NCBI RefSeq assembly: GCF_006345805.1
Contig: NW_021826578.1
Coordinates: 1-12,425, forward strand
Length of the DNA: 12,425 bases
Direction of reading: 5' to 3'
Source of the DNA: Octopus sinensis
Lineage: Eukaryota
Shown here: one piece after another, positions 1 to 9,060 of the stretch
How the letters are laid out: the number at the start of each line of letters is the position of its first letter
Position numbering within the stretch: position 1 is the first letter of the stretch
The notes under the pieces: generated by a model
What the model saw: only the letters and a program-made list of their open reading frames with translations
Databases searched by the model: none
What the model was told of the DNA's origin: nothing
Program-made: the position numbers and the translations under genes

Positions 1-60
1 CCGGTGGGAGGAAATGAACAGTGTAAGTTACTTTAAATGCGCTTCGTACTATCACAAGCA

Positions 61-637
61 CCACACCCATTAACACAAGCATCACCAACAGCACCAACAC
101 CAGCACCACGACGACGACGACCACCACCACCAGGACCACGACCATCGCTACCACCACTACCGCCGCCGCCGCCACCACTACCACCACCAGAAACACCACC
201 AACATTATTACCCCCACTACCACCACAATTACCACTACTTATTTCTTTACTGCCCACAATGGGCTACACACAGAGGGGTCAAACAAGGACAGACAAACGG
301 ATTAAGTCGATTATATCGACCCCAGTGCGTAACTGGTACTTATTTAATCGACCCCGAAAGGATGAAAGGCAAAGTCGACCTCGGCGGAATTTGAACCCAG
401 AACGTAACGGCAGACGAAATACCGCTAAGCATTTCGCCCCGGTCTGGTAACGTTTCGGCCAATACTTCTACCTTCATTACACCACCATCACTACCAATAC
501 TACCACCATGACCAAAGCAATAACAACAACAACAATAACACCAAATAAGGTCATCACCGGCACTGCAAAGGAAACAATAGCATGATACATGTTTACATCC
601 ATCTGTGTATCTACTACTACTACTACTACTACTACTA

Positions 638-673
<36 letters not shown>

Positions 674-730
674 GACGACGACGACGACGACGACTACTAC
701 TACTACTGCTACTATTACTACTACTACTAT

Positions 731-785
<55 letters not shown>

Positions 786-859
786 GCTGTTGCTGTTGCT
801 GCTGCAGCCGCCGCCGCCACAAACCACCACCACCACCACCACTACCACCGCCACCGCCG

Positions 860-904
<45 letters not shown>

Positions 905-1260
905 ATACTACTACTAGCTTAAATAAGAACAGTAGCACTTTACTGTAGCGAATCTAACAAAGACAATGCTCACTACAACTGACCCACAATCCTAAGTACA
1001 ACCTCACTGAAAAGCATATCCGAAAGCACAACTATCACCGCAACTACAACAACAGTCCCAACCATAGAAATATCCATAAACGCAACCACGTACAACACAA
1101 CCTCCACATCCACAATTACCAGCAATAGAAGTGAAACCAATACCATTCCACCCCCAACAACCACAACTACAAAATCCACTACCACCACCACCACCACTAC
1201 CAGTACAACCATCACAATCATCACTACAACAACAATCCCATCAGCAACAACAACAACAAC
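61..1260. repeat. Compound and degenerate trinucleotide tract (ACC/ACT/ACA/ACG/GCC), interrupted by a SINE at 240-472
   Basis: Near-perfect (CTA)n runs at about 610-905 with (CGA)n, (CTG)n and (CCG)n/(CCA)n blocks, and degenerate ACN triplets on both sides. Confidence 0.95.
240..472 (-). mobile_element. tRNA-derived SINE, family A, near full length
   Basis: On the minus strand: tRNA-like head, B box GGTTCAAATTCC (386-397), central GCCTTTCATCCTTTCGGGGTCGATTAAATAAGTACCAG, and tail ...GTGGGCAGTAAAGAAAT. The same central block recurs at 5815, about 6000-6050 (-), about 7035 and about 7505. Confidence 0.9.
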
Positions 1261-1594
1261 AGCGTCTTATTGTAAGGCAAGTAATTATATAATGTATAAA
1301 TAGCAATAGAAATGGTGATATACATTTGAGGTCAGTGAGGGAGAAAGAAACGAAAGTGAAAGTAGAATGAAGAAGAGCGCGAAAAAAATAACGAGAGAGA
1401 AATGTAAATTAAAAAATAGTAAAAAAACAAAACAGATGAAAAAAATAAGGAAAAAGACAACGAAAAAGCAAAACAAACGTAAGACAAGTAAATAATGGCG
1501 CAAAACTAACAAAAGAGAAGACAAAATTAATTAATGAATTTTCTTTGGAATGGTTCGATGATATCCAAGAATTAGCTTTGTCTGCAATTGTCAG

Positions 1595-1651
1595 GAATTT
1601 CCTGTGAACAACAACATGGCGGATTCTCTAACATATCGTTAGAACTGAGCA
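1595..1651 (+). CDS. Candidate internal exon, phase 1-1, 57 nt: (x)ISCEQQHGGFSNISLELS; product unknown
   Basis: Acceptor CTTTGTCTGCAATTGTCAG, strong donor GCA|GTGAGT, only one open frame, length divisible by 3. No homology recognised. Confidence 0.3.
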
Positions 1652-1858
1652 GTGAGTGTTCTGAAGTACTCCTATCGACAAGTCATTACTATGTATTTAT
1701 TAACCTTCACCTTTCTTTTTCTTCTTTATTTATCAGCATCAGTATCATCATCATCATCATCGTAAATGTCATCACCTTTTTGTTATTATTATTATTATTT
1801 CTATTGTAATTTCCAAAAATACTTTCCCGTGTTTATTCCTACAACACCTTCAAGAACA

Positions 1859-1878
1859 ACTACTACTACTACTACTAT

Positions 1879-1910
<32 letters not shown>

Positions 1911-1942
1911 TTGCTGTTGCTGCTGTGCTGCTGCTGCTGCTG

Positions 1943-1974
<32 letters not shown>

Positions 1975-1975
1975 A

Positions 1976-2058
<83 letters not shown>

Positions 2059-2080
2059 GCTGCTGATGCTGCTGCTACTG

Positions 2081-2134
<54 letters not shown>

Positions 2135-2135
2135 T
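1859..2135. repeat. Compound (CTA)n/(CTG)n microsatellite
   Basis: Alternating blocks of CTA and CTG triplets. Confidence 0.97.
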
Positions 2136-2192
2136 AATCACCATCATCACTGTCGCCAGCAACACCGTTATCAGCATAAAAGCAATTGTCTT

Positions 2193-2322
2193 ACGGTTCT
2201 ATATTTAAGAGATGAGGAATTATTTACATTATTTACATTATTTACATTCGACCGATATTTGTCCTCATCTTGTTTGTTGATAACACAACGTTTCGGCTGA
2301 TATACCCGCCAACCTTCTTCAG
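2193..2322 (-). mobile_element. Inverted, 5'-truncated copy of the hammerhead-bearing SINE tail
   Basis: The reverse complement of 2225-2322 matches 2481-2578 with 7 mismatches in 98 nt by manual count. It ends in (ATGTAAATA)x3 plus an extra 3' segment ATTCCTCATCTCTTAAATATAGAACCGT. Confidence 0.92.
2282..2322 (-). ncRNA. Truncated minimal hammerhead ribozyme motif lacking the 5' strand of stem I
   Basis: Minus strand reads CUGAAGA-A-GGUUG[gcggguauau]CAGCC-GAAAC-GUU-GUGUU. The copy is cut exactly at C3 of the core. Confidence 0.6.
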
Positions 2323-2577
2323 TCATATGGCGTAGTGGTTAAGAGCGCGGGCTACTAAACCCAAGTTTCCGAGTTCGATTCCAAGCAGTGAGCTGAACAA
2401 TAACAGTAATAATAATAATAATAATAACACCGAAGAATACTTAGGAATGAGAACCCAGGTTCGAAATTTCCCCAAGACACCTGAAGAAGGCTGGAGGATA
2501 TATCAGCCGAAACGTTGTGTTATCAACAAACAAGTCGAGGACAAATATCCATCGAATGTAAATAATGTAAATAATGT
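2323..2577 (+). mobile_element. tRNA-derived SINE, family B, with hammerhead-containing 3' tail
   Basis: A box TGGCGTAGTGG (2328-2338), B box GTTCGATTC (2373-2381), internal (AAT)n, a second B-box-like GGTTCGAAAT (2458-2467), and a 3' (AATGTAAAT)n tail. Confidence 0.9.
2476..2521 (+). ncRNA. Minimal type I hammerhead ribozyme (Penelope-type, dimer-dependent stem III)
   Basis: Stem I GACAC (2476-80) pairs with GUGUU (2517-21). Core CUGAAGA (2481-87) plus an extra A. Stem II GGCUG/CAGCC closes a 10-nt loop. GAAAC at 2509-13. Stem III is the loop-less palindrome ACGU. Predicted cleavage after GUU at 2516. Confidence 0.78.
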
Positions 2578-2589
2578 AGCATTTGTCTT

Positions 2590-2644
2590 CATCACCACAA
2601 GCACCAACTTCACCACCACCACTACCATCACCACCACCACCGCC

Positions 2645-2677
<33 letters not shown>

Positions 2678-2880
2678 ACCACCACCATACCTACTGCTAC
2701 CACCAACACCATTATCAACATCATCACCACCACTACCGACAATACCACCGCGACCATCACAACCACCACCAGCACTACCACGACCATGACCACGACGACC
2801 ACCATCACCATCATCACCATCACCACCACCACTATTACCACCACCACCACCACCACCACAACCACCACCATCATCATCGG
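2590..2880. repeat. Degenerate (ACC)n microsatellite
   Basis: ACC/ACT/ATC triplet tract. Confidence 0.95.
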
Positions 2881-3009
2881 GAATACGATCTTCCTCATCA
2901 AAATCTTTATCGATTTCGATTTTCGTATATTTTTAAATAGTGGGTGAATTGATTTGATATTGTTCACGAACAAGGTAACACTCTGTGTGACTGCTGCTGA
3001 TGTCTAGGT

Positions 3010-3028
3010 CCATCACCATCCTCACCAA

Positions 3029-3073
<45 letters not shown>

Positions 3074-3195
3074 CACCAACATCATCATCATCATCATCAT
3101 CATCACTATCACCATCATCGACGTCATCATCATCATCATCATCATCAACATCTCCATCACCATCATCATCGTCATCATCCTCATCATCATCATCG

Positions 3196-3230
<35 letters not shown>

Positions 3231-3299
3231 GTCGTCGTCATCATCACCATCACCATCACCATCACCATCGTCGTCATCATCATCATCATCATCATCATC

Positions 3300-3330
<31 letters not shown>

Positions 3331-3345
3331 GCCATCATCATCATT
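3010..3345. repeat. (CAT)n microsatellite with CAC/CGT variants
   Basis: Long CAT tract visible directly. Confidence 0.97.
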
Positions 3346-3550
3346 CCGCTGGTTTCTAATGTTATCATTTAAATATCATTTAGGTCTTAAAGAAAGGATT
3401 TAATTTCGGAAAAATAGATATGCGTGAATATGTCATGGTTTCTATCATTAAATGTATTCACACGAAACCAGCTGCACCTGCGTTTCAAAAATTGCAGCTC
3501 TTTTTTCTTTACTCTTCCATTAACTATATGCAAAGTAATATGATGTGAGC

Positions 3551-3582
3551 GTATATATGTGTATATATATATGTACATATAC

Positions 3583-3645
<63 letters not shown>

Positions 3646-3661
3646 TATGCATATATATATA

Positions 3662-3700
<39 letters not shown>

Positions 3701-3837
3701 ATATATATATGCATACATATATATAAGTATATGTATATATATACATTATATATATATATTATATATATATATAGATATATATATTATATATATATATATA
3801 TATGATATATATATATATATATATGTATATTCATATG

Positions 3838-3888
<51 letters not shown>

Positions 3889-4230
3889 GTTTGTGAGTGT
3901 GTGCATGTGTGTGTCTTAGAAATATATATACATGTAAGTATGTATGTAAATTCTATAGAATTAAAATGTTCACTTATATTAGATATTTACATCATACGGA
4001 AATGCTAAAATATCTACATATACATACATACATACATACATACATACGTATATGCATATATATACATATATATATATGCATATATGTATGTATAGATGGA
4101 TATATATATATATATATATATATACAAAAGCGCATGTATATGTATACATACACGCAGGAGCAGATGTCGTGCATACTACATATATATGTATACATACTTG
4201 TATCTTTATATATATATATAAATTATGCAT
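3551..4230. repeat. (TA)n microsatellite complex with TACA and TG variants
   Basis: Long TA runs at about 3551-3890, degenerate continuation to about 4230. Confidence 0.97.
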
Positions 4231-5311
4231 GTATAACTTTCATTTCTTCTTGTGCATATTACATTTCGTATAATTTTACCTATAGTTTCATGCCATCGTT
4301 CTCTCTTTCTTTTTCTGATTGCGTACGTATGTCTCTATACGTATGTGTGTCTGTGTGTGTTTGTGTGTGTGCGGCTGAACGTGGTTGTGTACACGCGAGT
4401 GCGTGTGTGCACGCACCTATGCGCGTTATTCCAGTCATTGTGATTCTATCCGCATGTGGAAACCGAATCGAAAAAAAAACAACAAAATAATGAAATACAG
4501 AATCAAATGAAATAAGCAACCCAACAAACGACGTCTTTAGAATTTTTTAATTGAGTTTCATGCTTCACATTGCACTAAGTTTTATCGCGTATTTCATCGG
4601 AAATTATAACATCAAAATTGAACATCCATGATTATTGTATGTATTTCTATTTCAGCGATTTCATAAACGTCATTTTTGCTTTAATACATAACTTTATAAT
4701 CAATTTACAAGGAATAATAGAGCACAAAATTGACTGCTTAATTGAATCTTATTTTATACCCCTCGTACATAAGTTCGAATCACATCCTGGTCAATTTCGG
4801 TTATTATTTATGAAACTATTTTCTTTTTTTTTTAAAGAATTATCTCTGTAAAGATGAATTATGCACGTGACAGATTCAGGTCGTTTCATTTATTTGGTAT
4901 TTTTTTTTGTGTGTGACTGCATTTTTTTCTTTTGTTGAGTAGAGTCCGCCAAGGAGAAAAATCGAAGGAGCAAGTTTGTTGTTTTGTCGTGCAAATGCTA
5001 AGAATAAGAACTACACTAGGGTTGGGTAGCTTGGAGAGTATAAATAGATGCATGAAACATGCGCAGAAGTGATACGCAACTAGTTAGGCTTGAGAAGATG
5101 AGACCGATATGAGGAAGCGATGACAATGGGTCTGTTGATTCTGAAGACTGGTGTCATGTCTATATAGCCAATTGGCCGACATTTGACTGTAGTGCGAATG
5201 TCTATCTGTTATGAAATTATACAGTATCCTGTGGTCACCAATATAACATTAGATTCAGAATTCATTGGAGGCTGGGACTACTTGCCATACGCTCCTTATG
5301 CAATTCAGGAT

Positions 5312-5448
5312 CAGCTGGGTGGAGTGGAGCAACGTGAAATGAAGTGTTTTGCTCAAGAACACAATGCGTCGCCCGGTCCAGGAATCTTACGAAACCACAA
5401 TCTTACGATCATTATGTTGACACCCTAACCACGAAGCCACGCGTCTCC
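5312..5448 (-). mobile_element. tRNA-derived SINE, family C (CORE-like centre), tail missing
   Basis: The reverse complement matches 6680-6812 closely (GATCGTAAGATTGTGGTTTCG...CCTGGACCGGGCGACGC...TTCTTGAGCAAAACACTTCATTTCACGTTGCTCC). The B box is interrupted by a TAAG insertion. Confidence 0.88.
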
Positions 5449-5450
5449 AC

Positions 5451-5687
5451 ATATGTGTGTGTGTGTGTGTGTGTATGTTTGTGTGTCTGTGTTTGTTCAC
5501 CCGGCCCCCAGCATCGCTTGACAACCAATGCCGGTGTGTTTACGTGACCGTAACTTAGCGGTTCGGCAAAAGAAACCGATAGAATAAGTACTAGGCTACA
5601 AAGAATAAGTCCTGGGGGTCGATTTGCTCGACTAAAGGCGGTGCTGTAGCATGGCCACAGTCAAATGACTGAAACAAGTAAAAGAGT
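5451..5687 (+). mobile_element. 3' half of a SINE with internal (TG)n, family D, head missing
   Basis: (TG)n followed by CATCGCTTGACAACC...TAACTTAGCGGTTCGGCAAAAG...GGGGTCGATTTGCTCGACTAAAGGCGGTGCT...GAAACAAGTAAAAGAGT. Recognised from memory as an abundant octopus repeat; it shares a module with family A. Confidence 0.75.
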
Positions 5688-5814
5688 ATATATTTTTTAC
5701 TTTTATTTGTATTAGATACATTTTTTTTTGTTTTGAAGCGACATCGCTGTAGAGCTAGGTGGCGCTACAGTCGTGATTGTTGTTGCCATTGTTGGTGTTG
5801 TCTTGCTTTTGTTG

Positions 5815-5935
5815 GCCTTTCATCCTTTCGATAAATTAAGTACCAGTTGCGTACTGGGGTTGATCTTTATCGACTGACCCCTCCCCACCAAAAAAAAAAT
5901 TTCAGACCTTGTGCCTAGAATAGAAAAGAATATTA
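5815..5935 (+). mobile_element. 5'-truncated SINE, family A, alternative tail
   Basis: GCCTTTCATCCTTTC..GATAAATTAAGTACCAGTTGCGTACTGGGGTTGATC..TCGACT followed by the tail CTTGTGCCTAGAATAGAAAAGAATATT. Confidence 0.85.
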
Positions 5936-5974
5936 GTTTGAAATTTGAGCTGAAGGCCGCTAAGTTCGTGGAAA

Positions 5975-6145
5975 TGTATAAATCGATTATATCGACACCA
6001 ATGTTCAATTGGTACGTATTTTACTGGAACTGAAAGGATGAAAAATAAATTGGACCTCGGCGGAATTTGAACTCAGAACATTAAGACAGTGAAATGCTGC
6101 TAAAGATTTTGACCATCGTCCTAACGATTCTGCAAGCCCAGCGTC
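5975..6145 (-). mobile_element. Diverged SINE, family A
   Basis: The + strand has GGACCTCGGCGGAATTTGAACTCAGAAC (B box on the minus strand), GAAAGGATGAAA and AATCGATTATATCGAC, matching 300-402. Confidence 0.85.
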
Positions 6146-6487
6146 ATTATTGACGTCATTAGTATTAGTTTCGTATTTTGTCACAAGGCCAGTAAGCTGT
6201 GGAGAGGGTGTAAGTCATCGAGTTAGAATTTAACTGAGACTATCAACCGACTCTAAATAAAGCAAGAATAAAAACAAGAACAATGAATCTCGAATCTACG
6301 AAAAGGAAGAATCTGAGCCATAGACTCGTATTTACCTTTCAGCAACTTTGCGGGGCTGCTACAGATGTCTGCGTCTGTACAATTACTAAACCAATAGTTA
6401 AAGAGACAAATTCCTTTGATCGCTGTGTGTGTTCACTTTGAAAGGTTACACCCGCAAACGTTCTCACGCAACATATATATAAATACG

Positions 6488-6522
6488 CACACACTCACAC
6501 ACACACACACACAACACACACA

Positions 6523-6561
<39 letters not shown>

Positions 6562-6580
6562 AACACACACACACACACAT
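6488..6580. repeat. (CA)n microsatellite
   Basis: Visible directly. Confidence 0.97.
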
Positions 6581-6679
6581 GCACAATGTGAAAATTTATC
6601 ATTCCCCAAATTTCCCAATTTGAAATAATCTAAACAAAATTTCACTTTGGATATTTTATTAGTTGTATGATATGGCGGC

Positions 6680-6928
6680 TGGAGGCGTGTGGTTTAGTAG
6701 CTAGGGTGTCAGCATCATGATCGTAAGATTGTGGTTTCGATTCCTGGACCGGGCGACGCGTTGCGTTCTTGAGCAAAACACTTCATTTCACGTTGCTCCA
6801 GTCAACTCAGCTGGCAAAAATGAGTAACGCTGCGATGGACTGGCGTCCCTTCCAGCTTGGGAACACATACGCCATAGAAACCGAGAAACCGGGCCTATGA
6901 GCCTGGCTAGGCTTTAAAAAGGCTCATT
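6680..6928 (+). mobile_element. Full-length tRNA-derived SINE, family C (CORE-like), with 14-bp TSD
   Basis: A-box-like TGGTTTAGTAG, B box GGTTTCGATTCC (6733-6744), CORE-like GTTCTTGAGCAAAACACTT...GTTGCTCCAGTCAACTCAGCTG. Identical flanks TATGATATGGCGGC at 6666-6679 and 6929-6942. Confidence 0.92.
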
Positions 6929-6936
6929 TATGATAT

Positions 6937-7158
6937 GGCGGCGAACTGGCAGATTCGTGAGCATATCGAGCAAAATGCTTAGCGGTATTTCGTCCATCTT
7001 TAAGATCTCAGCTCAAAGTAAGCCGAAGTCTTTGTCTTCAATCTTTTCGGGATCGATGAAATAAGTACCAGTTTGGTACTAGGGTCGATGTATTTTCCTT
7101 CTCTTCACATTAAAAATAGTAGGTCAGCCCTGTGCCAAAGTTTGGGACCATTATTATT
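6937..7158 (+). mobile_element. Diverged full-length SINE, family A
   Basis: Head GGCGGCGAACTGGCAGATTCG...AAATGCTTAGCGGTATTTCGTC, centre GATGAAATAAGTACCAG...GGGTCGATGTA, tail GTGCCAAAGTTTGGGACCATTATTATT. Confidence 0.85.
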
Positions 7159-7487
7159 TGTATAATAACTATGTTGATAGTTCTTCAAGGCAGGCTCTCA
7201 GTCCTTACTCCTGTTTCAGTGAACGACATACGTTTTGCATACGCAAGAGAAATCATATTTGACAGTCTCTCTTCAAGCATCATAAGGTTTTTGCTTTATC
7301 TGTTTCTACATTTACTTATTTCCAACTTTCTTCTTCTCTGCTTGATTATGTTTCATAATCCATAAGAAAAGAAAATGAACAAGACTGTGTCGTAAATATC
7401 ATTCCTGGAATATGCCCCATAAAGAAAGTATACATCTCCATATCAAGGGATTGAAACAATCACACAAGAGAAAAAATATTTTGAAAA

Positions 7488-7621
7488 CCGCCGAGGTTGA
7501 TTTTGCCTTTCATTCTTTCGGGGTCGTTAAAATAAGTCCCAATTGAAGACTGAGGTCGATGTAATCGACTCCTCCCCCACCCCCTGCCCTTGTGGCAAAA
7601 CTTGAAACCATTATTATTATT
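7488..7621 (+). mobile_element. 5'-truncated SINE, family A
   Basis: CCGCCGAGGTTGATTTTGCCTTTCATTCTTTCGGGGTCG...GGTCGATGTAATCGACT...CTTGAAACCATTATTATTATT. Confidence 0.88.
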
Positions 7622-7981
7622 AAGATGACCTAATGATGATGAATATCTTATTGTTATATTTTCGTAGTTTGTAGTAACAGATTATTGGATTATTATAGTA
7701 ACTAAAACCACGATTGTACTAACCTAGCAGTTCTCCGGCGCAGGTCAGACAATCAATGATTGAACGAGGAATTAGGAAAATTATTGATTTAATCTGCCTC
7801 ATACAAAAATAAAACATTAGTTGATAATACCAACATAGAATTCGATAAACATCGTTAATAGTAAAATACAAAATGAAATTCATCGCTGAGATAGATTAGC
7901 ATTTGGATACAGTGTGTAATAAAGATGAGTTAATAATTTAATATACTTTTAAAATCGCCAATGATGATCTTGTTTCAACAG

Positions 7982-8044
7982 TTACAACACCTTGGTCTGA
8001 TAAGGAATCAATTTATTCTGAAGTTGAGACGAAGTCGTGGAAAG
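7982..8044 (+). CDS. Candidate internal exon, 63 nt; phase 1-1 reading (x)TTPWSDKESIYSEVETKSWK; product unknown
   Basis: Acceptor TCTTGTTTCAACAG, donor AAG|GTTAAG (moderate), length divisible by 3. The phase-0 frame is also open. No homology recognised. Confidence 0.3.
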
Positions 8045-8164
8045 GTTAAGAGATTTACGGAAACTACTTTTCTGAGCTTAACATAAACAACTGATGAAGA
8101 AATTCCAAATAAGAAATATTCTTAATAAAAATGTTAATCACAAATGCAGTCGTCTTATTAATGC

Positions 8165-8392
8165 TTAACCATTAAGCATTTTAACTGACCACATCCGCGC
8201 AAAATATTCTACCTGTTTTATTTTCAAAATGACCAGATCAAACTTTTCACATCTGCCCTACAATGCCATTAAGAAAATAAATAATTACTTCATCAGAATC
8301 ACCAAACTACAAGATATTGCATAATTAATTCAAATCAATGTGAAGTTTCAAGCAATTTAATTGACAAAGTAATCTGAATGATAAAGAGTTAA
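8165..8392. mobile_element. Probable degenerate MITE with TTAA ends (piggyBac-like)
   Basis: TTAA at 8165-8168 and 8389-8392. Terminal inverted repeats CCATTAAGCATT versus CTCTTTATCATT (reverse complement), 8/12 matches. The interior resembles an abundant octopus MITE as I recall it. Confidence 0.5.
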
Positions 8393-8435
8393 AGGAAAAG
8401 CTGGTCCATGTGTATATTCCTCTATCATGTACATA

Positions 8436-8453
8436 TGTGTGTGTGTGTCTGTT

Positions 8454-8491
<38 letters not shown>
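8436..8491. repeat. (TG)n microsatellite
   Basis: Visible directly. Confidence 0.97.
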
Positions 8492-8493
<2 letters not shown>

Positions 8494-8615
8494 CACAAGC
8501 GTTTATACAGACACGTGAGTGTTGCTGTGAAAGAATGTTTGGATTATATCTTTCGATAGATACATGGATGAATAGAAACAGAATCACTAGTGTGGTAGAA
8601 AAGACAGTGGGTAAG

Positions 8616-8619
<4 letters not shown>

Positions 8620-8667
<48 letters not shown>
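8620..8667. repeat. (GA)n microsatellite
   Basis: Visible directly. Confidence 0.98.
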
Positions 8668-8670
<3 letters not shown>

Positions 8671-8734
8671 GATAACATCTATTTATCGTCAAAAATATTT
8701 GCAAACATATTTTGTCTAATCGGCAGGCAACGCA

Positions 8735-8741
8735 AACACAA

Positions 8742-8772
<31 letters not shown>

Positions 8773-9060
8773 AACTCGTACACTCTCGCACACGCACATT
8801 CGCATACTCACAGTTACACGCAGTCACGTGACTGCACATGCACAGGCACACAATACGTACACAGCACAGCAGAACACTTACGCACATGCGCTCACAAACA
8901 CACAAGCAGTTCCACATATAAACAAAAATTCTCACAAACAAACAAAGAAAATACATAAACGCATACACGCATATACACATGTAAACACACACACTTACAG
9001 AGAAACATAGCCGCACGCTCACATTGGCATAAGCGCACGCACATATTCGCTGGCAACATA
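8735..9060. repeat. (CA)n microsatellite with long degenerate CA-rich extension
   Basis: Near-perfect CA run at about 8742-8767, then decayed CA/CG/TA dinucleotides. Confidence 0.85.

Noticed and set aside
2323-2392. Possible tRNA gene
   Set aside because: A and B boxes are present but the acceptor, anticodon and T stems do not pair properly, and the sequence continues into a SINE body; it is a SINE head. The same applies to the other heads.
4838-5000. Plus-strand exon-like pieces (IISVKMNYARDRFR; SAKEKNRRSKFVVLSCKC*)
   Set aside because: Weak donor, phases do not join, and no recognisable homology.
5040-5165. Possible decayed RTE-type LINE 3' end (TCAEVIRN*L...EEAMT)
   Set aside because: Resemblance is short, interrupted by stops and from memory only; it cannot be supported without a search.
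5183-5428. ORF with protein-like segment YPVVTNITLDSEFIGGWDYLPY
   Set aside because: Its 3' half is an antisense SINE, splice sites are weak, and no family is recognised with confidence.
5740-5770. Small inverted repeat CTGTAG...CTACAG
   Set aside because: A 6-bp stem is expected by chance; no Helitron CTRR end or terminator context.
6336-6422. Minus-strand candidate exon IKGICLFNYWFSNCTDADICSSPAKLLK with donor AAG|GTAAAT
   Set aside because: The acceptor lacks a polypyrimidine tract and no partner exons on that strand were found.
8091-8125. CTGATGAAG...GAAAT hammerhead-like words
   Set aside because: No stem II or stem I pairing around the core words. Similar isolated core words near 5142 and 8288 (-) also lack stems.
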